In this document: positions 7,074-10,385 of the stretch, one piece after another
How the letters are laid out: every line of letters starts with the position of its first letter
Numbering within the stretch: position 1 is the first letter of the stretch
NCBI GenBank assembly: GCA_031364845.1
Contig: JANLWX010000187.1
Coordinates: forward strand, 1 to 10,385
DNA length: 10,385 bases
Direction: 5' to 3'
Origin: Candidatus Eiseniibacteriota bacterium
GTDB lineage: Bacteria; Eisenbacteria; RBG-16-71-46
Notes under the pieces: model-generated
Databases searched by the model: none
The model's input: only the letters and a program-made list of their open reading frames with translations
Told to the model about the DNA's origin: nothing
Made by a program: the position numbers and the translations under genes

Positions 7074-7089
7074 CGCGGCCAAGGCCGCG
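7074..7089. repeat. Perfect inverted repeat CGCGGCC-AA-GGCCGCG between divergent promoters
   Basis: 7-bp arms with a 2-nt spacer, directly abutting the TTGACT -35 element. It could be an operator, but all-GC arms arise readily by chance in this genome. Confidence 0.3.
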
Positions 7090-7090
7090 G

Positions 7091-7120
7091 TTGACTCCGG
7101 CGCAAACCGCGCTCCATGGT
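7091..7120 (+). promoter_or_regulatory. Candidate sigma70-type promoter giving a leaderless transcript
   Basis: TTGACT (7091-7096)-N18-CATGGT (7115-7120), with the ATG only 6 nt after the -10 element. Confidence 0.5.
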
Positions 7121-7126
7121 GATCGC

Positions 7127-7360
7127 ATGAGCCTGCTCATGCCCCAGAATCGCAACGGCACCGTTCACTCGGTGACGCCGGTCAGCATTCACGGCGACCG
7201 CTACACCGATCTCGTGATTGCACTCGAGGACGCCGACGGCCCGCCGGTCGTGGGACGCGTGGGCGGCGACGAATGCCCGGAGGCTCTGGCCGCGGGCGAA
7301 CGCGTGACCGTCCGCTTCATCATGGGTGTGATGGTCAAGGTGGTCCGCGCGCCGATCTGA
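7127..7360 (+). CDS. Small hypothetical protein (77 aa), predicted beta-barrel or OB-fold-like
   Basis: MSLLMPQNRNGTVHSVTPVSIHGDRYTDLVIALED...LAAGERVTVRFIMGVMVKVVRAPI*. Strong GC3 bias begins at 7127. Alternating hydrophobic beta-strand patterns and a GxxVxV motif are typical of small barrels. The 6977 start in the ORF track crosses two promoter motifs. Confidence 0.8.
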   Translation: MSLLMPQNRNGTVHSVTPVSIHGDRYTDLVIALEDADGPPVVGRVGGDECPEALAAGERVTVRFIMGVMVKVVRAPI

Positions 7361-7405
7361 GTGCCGCCGCGACTCCGCGTCATGTGCTCCCCGGGCTTCG
7401 CGGGA

Positions 7406-7434
7406 CTCACGACGCCGCGGTTGTGCGCCGATAC
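7406..7434 (+). promoter_or_regulatory. sigma28-like promoter for the HDOD gene
   Basis: CTCACG-N15-GCCGATAC, with the same spacing as the motif at 4984-5012. Confidence 0.55.
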
Positions 7435-7471
7435 TCCTCGTCGAGCGCCGGTTCGCCGGCGATGGCCGCCC

Positions 7472-8215
7472 AGGAACGAGAATTCGGACGTCGACGACAT
7501 CGTCCAGGCGATCATGACCGACCCGATGCTCGCGACCCGCATCATGACGCTCGCCAACTCCTCGGCCTACGCCGGCGGTCAGACGCTGCAGGGTCTCAAG
7601 CCTGCGCTGATGCGCATCGGATCGAAGGCCGTGCAGGACATGGTGTTCTCCGAGTCGATCCGCATGAAGATCTTCTCGGTCAAGTCCTACCGGAAGATTC
7701 TCGAGGAATCGTGGAAGCTCTCGCTCGGAACCGCGATCGCCTGCGAGGCGATCTCGAGAGCCACCGGGATCGAGCGCGAAGGCGCGTTCCTGATCGGACT
7801 GCTCCACGACACCGGCAAGCCGGTGCTCGTGAGCGCGATCTCGGAGTACGAGAAGCAGAACAAAGGTCTTCCGATCGGCGAGGACATCGTCGAGATCCTG
7901 ATGTCCCAGCTCCACGAAGAAACCGGATCGTACGTCCTCAAGGACTGGGGCATGCCCGAGTCGGTCGTGACTGCGGCCGGCGGACATCACGTCTATCACG
8001 GTTCGCAGGCGACGCCCGCGCATCGGCTGGTCCATGCCGGCAATCTCATCTGCCAGCATCTGGGAATCGGCGACATCCAGAACGACGTCGACTTCACGGT
8101 CAAGCACGTGTTCGCGGAGCTGAACCTCGCCGAGTTCGAGAAGATCGAACCGATCCTCGAGGCGGTGAGCAGGGACGTCGGAGGCCTGTTGACCGGACTG
8201 GACAGCGCCGCCTAG
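7472..8215 (+). CDS. HDOD-domain protein with missing or frameshifted 5' end (possible pseudogene; first in-frame ATG at 7514)
   Basis: HDOD signatures: SDVDDIVQAIMTDPMLATRIMTLANS, ALMRIG, AFLIGLLHDTGKP, HEETGSYVLKDWGMP and GHH. Family-like sequence and GC3 bias begin abruptly at ~7472. None of the three frames upstream encodes the N-terminal LPxLP helix expected of HDOD domains. Confidence 0.85.
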   Translation, partial: RNENSDVDDIVQAIMTDPMLATRIMTLANSSAYAGGQTLQGLKPALMRIGSKAVQDMVFSESIRMKIFSVKSYRKILEESWKLSLGTAIACEAISRATGIEREGAFLIGLLHDTGKPVLVSAISEYEKQNKGLPIGEDIVEILMSQLHEETGSYVLKDWGMPESVVTAAGGHHVYHGSQATPAHRLVHAGNLICQHLGIGDIQNDVDFTVKHVFAELNLAEFEKIEPILEAVSRDVGGLLTGLDSAA

Positions 8216-8240
8216 GCGGGTCCGCCGTGGTGCTTCAGAC

Positions 8241-8882
8241 TCAGGAGTTCTGCGCGTTCCTGCGCCGGCGTGCGCGCAGGAATTCCACGACGGCGGGCAG
8301 CAGCGAGATGAACACGATCCCGAGCACCACCAGCGAGAAGTGCTCCTTCACGATCGGAATGTTCGCGAAGAAGTAACCCGCCGGAGTGAGCAGCAGCACC
8401 CACAGCAACGCTCCCACCACGTTGAACGCCATGAAGCGCTTGTAGCTCATCGCTCCGATGCCGGCGACAAACGGTGCGAAGGTCCGCACGATCGGGACGA
8501 AGCGCGCGAGAATGATGGTCTTGCCGCCGTAGCGCTCGAAGAATTCGTGCGTCTGATCGATGTGCCGCTGCTGGATCAGCCGTGGAAACCGGCGCACCAG
8601 GCGTTGTCCCGCGAGGTTGCCGATCCAGTAGTTCACCGTGTCGCCGAGAATCGCGGCCACCAGCATCACGAACATCGCGAGGAACAGGTTGAGACGTCCG
8701 TTCACCGCGATCGCCCCGGCCGCGAACAACAACGAGTCGCCCGGCAGGAACGGCGTCACGACGAGTCCGGTTTCGCAGAACACCACCACGAACAGAATGA
8801 CATAGACCCAGGTGCCGTACTCGGTCACGAGGCCGTCGAGGTACGTGTTGAGGTGCAGAGCGATGTCGATCAGGTGTTCCAT
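8241..8882 (-). CDS. dedA: DedA family (SNARE-associated/VTT domain) membrane protein, 213 aa
   Basis: Hallmark motifs ILFVVVFCETGLVVTPFLPGDSLLFAAG, AAILGDTVNYWIG and FFERYGGKTIILARFVPIVRTFAPFVAG, closely matching E. coli DedA-type proteins. Confidence 0.96.
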   Translation of the reverse strand: MEHLIDIALHLNTYLDGLVTEYGTWVYVILFVVVFCETGLVVTPFLPGDSLLFAAGAIAVNGRLNLFLAMFVMLVAAILGDTVNYWIGNLAGQRLVRRFPRLIQQRHIDQTHEFFERYGGKTIILARFVPIVRTFAPFVAGIGAMSYKRFMAFNVVGALLWVLLLTPAGYFFANIPIVKEHFSLVVLGIVFISLLPAVVEFLRARRRRNAQNS

Positions 8883-8968
8883 CGGGGTCAGTCTCTCTCG
8901 GGTGAGTGCGGCCGTGATCGGGCAATGACCGCGGGCAGAGCGGTGAGGGTCAGGGCGAAAGGCGAGGC

Positions 8969-8997
8969 AGAATCACCGACGGCCCCATGCCCGTCAA
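8969..8997 (-). promoter_or_regulatory. Candidate sigma70 promoter for dedA
   Basis: Minus strand TTGACG (8997-8992)-N17-GATTCT (8974-8969), 86 nt upstream of the ATG. Confidence 0.55.
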
Positions 8998-9072
8998 GCG
9001 TTCGCGATTCGAGGCGAACGACGACGACGAACCCCGCGAACGACTCCTCCTGCATCGGCACGTGCGCGGCGC

Positions 9073-9101
9073 TTGGATGAATGGAATCTTCGCGTGATAA
9101 T
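9073..9101 (+). promoter_or_regulatory. Candidate sigma70 promoter for the Ser/Thr kinase
   Basis: TTGGAT (9073-9078)-N17-GATAAT (9096-9101) in an AT-richer patch, divergent from the dedA promoter. Confidence 0.6.
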
Positions 9102-9188
9102 GTGCGGTGCTCGCTGTGAGCGCCTGCCGTAGAGACTGGAAGTGCGCGCCCGTTCTATCGTTCCGACCCTCGCGAGGCCTTCTCCCAG

Positions 9189-10385
9189 ATGGTGTTCTGC
9201 ACGCAGTGCGCGCACGCGATCCCCGAAGGAAGCCGCTTCTGCCCGGCGTGCGGGGCCGCCGTCGCCACGACTCCCGCGATCGACGCCACCGCCGCCATCA
9301 CGCAAACCACCCCCGCGCGGACGGAAACCGCCCGCTCCTCCGCATCCGGCGGATCGAGTGCGGTGCACGGGCGATTCGAACCGGGCACGAGGATCGGCAA
9401 CCGGTACCGCGTCGTCGCGCTGCTCGGGCGCGGCGGCATGGGCGAGGTCTACCGCGCGGACGATCTCGAACTCGGCCAATCGGTCGCGCTCAAGTTCCTG
9501 CCGCGCGCGGTGGCCGGCAATCCGGCCGACCTCGAGCGGTTCCGGGGCGAAGTGCGCGTGGCGCGGCAGATCGCCCATCCGAACGTGTGCCGCGTGTACG
9601 ACATCGGCGAAGCCGACGGGCACGTCTTCCTTTCGATGGAATATATCGACGGCGAGGATCTGGCGTCGGTGCTGCGAAGGATGGGACGCCCCTCGACCGA
9701 CAAGGCGCTCGAGCTCGCGCGCCAGATCTGCCTCGGCCTCGCGGCGGCGCACGAGGCCGGCATGCTGCATCGCGACTTGAAGCCGGCCAACATCATGGTC
9801 GATGGGCGCGGCCGCGCGCGCATCACCGACTTCGGGCTCGCGGGGCTCGCCGATGAGCTGTCGCGCGACGACGCGGTCGCGGGCACACCCGCCTACATGG
9901 CTCCGGAGCAGCTCAGCGGTGGCCGCGTATCGGTGCGCAGCGACATCTACGCGCTCGGCCTCGTGCTCTACGAAATCTTCACCGGCAAGCGCGTGTTCTC
10001 TGCTTCGAGCATCGCCGAGATCCGCCAGATGCATGACTCGGCGTCGGTGACCACGCCTTCGGAACTGGTGCGCGATCTCGATCCCGCAGTGGAACGCATG
10101 ATCGTTCATTGCCTCGAGCGCGATCCGGAATTGCGTCCGCCCTCTGCTTACGCCGTGCTCGGCGCGCTGCCGGGCGGCGACCCGCTCGCGGCCGCGCTGG
10201 CGGCGGGCGAAACACCCTCGCCGGAGCTGGTCGCGAACGCCGGCGATCGCGGGAGCCTCTCTCCGGTGGTGGCGATGGCGTGCGTGGGGGCGGGACTGCT
10301 CGGCATCGCGATGTGGGCCGGCATCATCGGCCCCGATTTTCGGGTGCTGACCCAGCCCACGCAGGTGCTCTCGGTGCGCGCCACC
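9189..10385 (+). CDS. Hanks-type Ser/Thr protein kinase with N-terminal zinc ribbon and a downstream TM helix (3' partial, 399 codons visible)
   Basis: Not in the ORF track because there is no stop in the window. Manual translation from ATG 9189 gives MVFCTQCAHAIPEGSRFCPACG (CxxC-x10-CxxC), LGRGGMGEVY, VALKFL, HPNVCRVYD, HRDLKPANIM, DFGLA, GTPAYMAPE and SDIYALG, then a hydrophobic helix VVAMACVGAGLLGIAMWAGIIG. Confidence 0.96.
   Translation, partial: MVFCTQCAHAIPEGSRFCPACGAAVATTPAIDATAAITQTTPARTETARSSASGGSSAVHGRFEPGTRIGNRYRVVALLGRGGMGEVYRADDLELGQSVALKFLPRAVAGNPADLERFRGEVRVARQIAHPNVCRVYDIGEADGHVFLSMEYIDGEDLASVLRRMGRPSTDKALELARQICLGLAAAHEAGMLHRDLKPANIMVDGRGRARITDFGLAGLADELSRDDAVAGTPAYMAPEQLSGGRVSVRSDIYALGLVLYEIFTGKRVFSASSIAEIRQMHDSASVTTPSELVRDLDPAVERMIVHCLERDPELRPPSAYAVLGALPGGDPLAAALAAGETPSPELVANAGDRGSLSPVVAMACVGAGLLGIAMWAGIIGPDFRVLTQPTQVLSVRAT

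Noticed and set aside
7273..8376. 367-aa alternative-frame ORF overlapping the HDOD gene
   Set aside because: Arg-rich off-frame translation with no recognisable motif. Only its MAAQE codons at 7462 may be meaningful, as a relic start.
5049..8963. Shared 11-mer GGGCGAAAGGC at 5049-5059 and 8953-8963, both intergenic
   Set aside because: Only two copies with unrelated flanks, which is compatible with chance at this GC content. It is not a REP or CRISPR pattern.
8883..9000. Possible riboswitch or structured RNA upstream of dedA (CGGGCA/TGCCCG and CGGTGA/TCACCG pairings)
   Set aside because: The helices are only 6 bp in GC-rich DNA, they overlap the predicted promoter, and I recognise no riboswitch consensus. 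An Rfam/Infernal scan would settle it.
1..10385. Mobile elements, CRISPR arrays, tRNA/rRNA or defence systems
   Set aside because: I found no transposase, integrase or nuclease motifs, regularly spaced repeats, cloverleaf structures or composition shift on reading both strands.

Overview
High-GC bacterial chromosomal window with no mobile element, CRISPR array or RNA gene that I can detect. The secreted protein and its TWGxxKxLYR tail resemble proteins I recall from Candidatus Eisenbacteria and related lineages; this taxonomy is inference only. Left to right: the 5' end of a Rossmann-fold dehydrogenase, probably gnd (-, partial); a Cys-rich secreted protein with a C-terminal TWGSIKSLYR tail followed by a UUCG hairpin (-); a 1247-aa cytoplasmic hybrid 'histidine kinase' (PAS, ~260-aa coiled coil, HisKA, HATPase, REC, REC, linker, Hpt) whose ATP-binding N and G1 boxes are degenerate (-); an orphan Wzx-like flippase with a coupled Pro-rich upstream ORF behind a sigma54-type promoter (-); a 77-aa beta-rich protein, possibly leaderless (+); an HDOD gene with a broken 5' end (+); a DedA membrane protein (-); and a zinc-ribbon Hanks-type Ser/Thr kinase running off the right edge (+). 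The most notable signals are the pseudokinase phosphorelay hub, two identically spaced sigma28-like promoters in front of the pseudokinase and HDOD genes, and the candidate C-terminal sorting signal.
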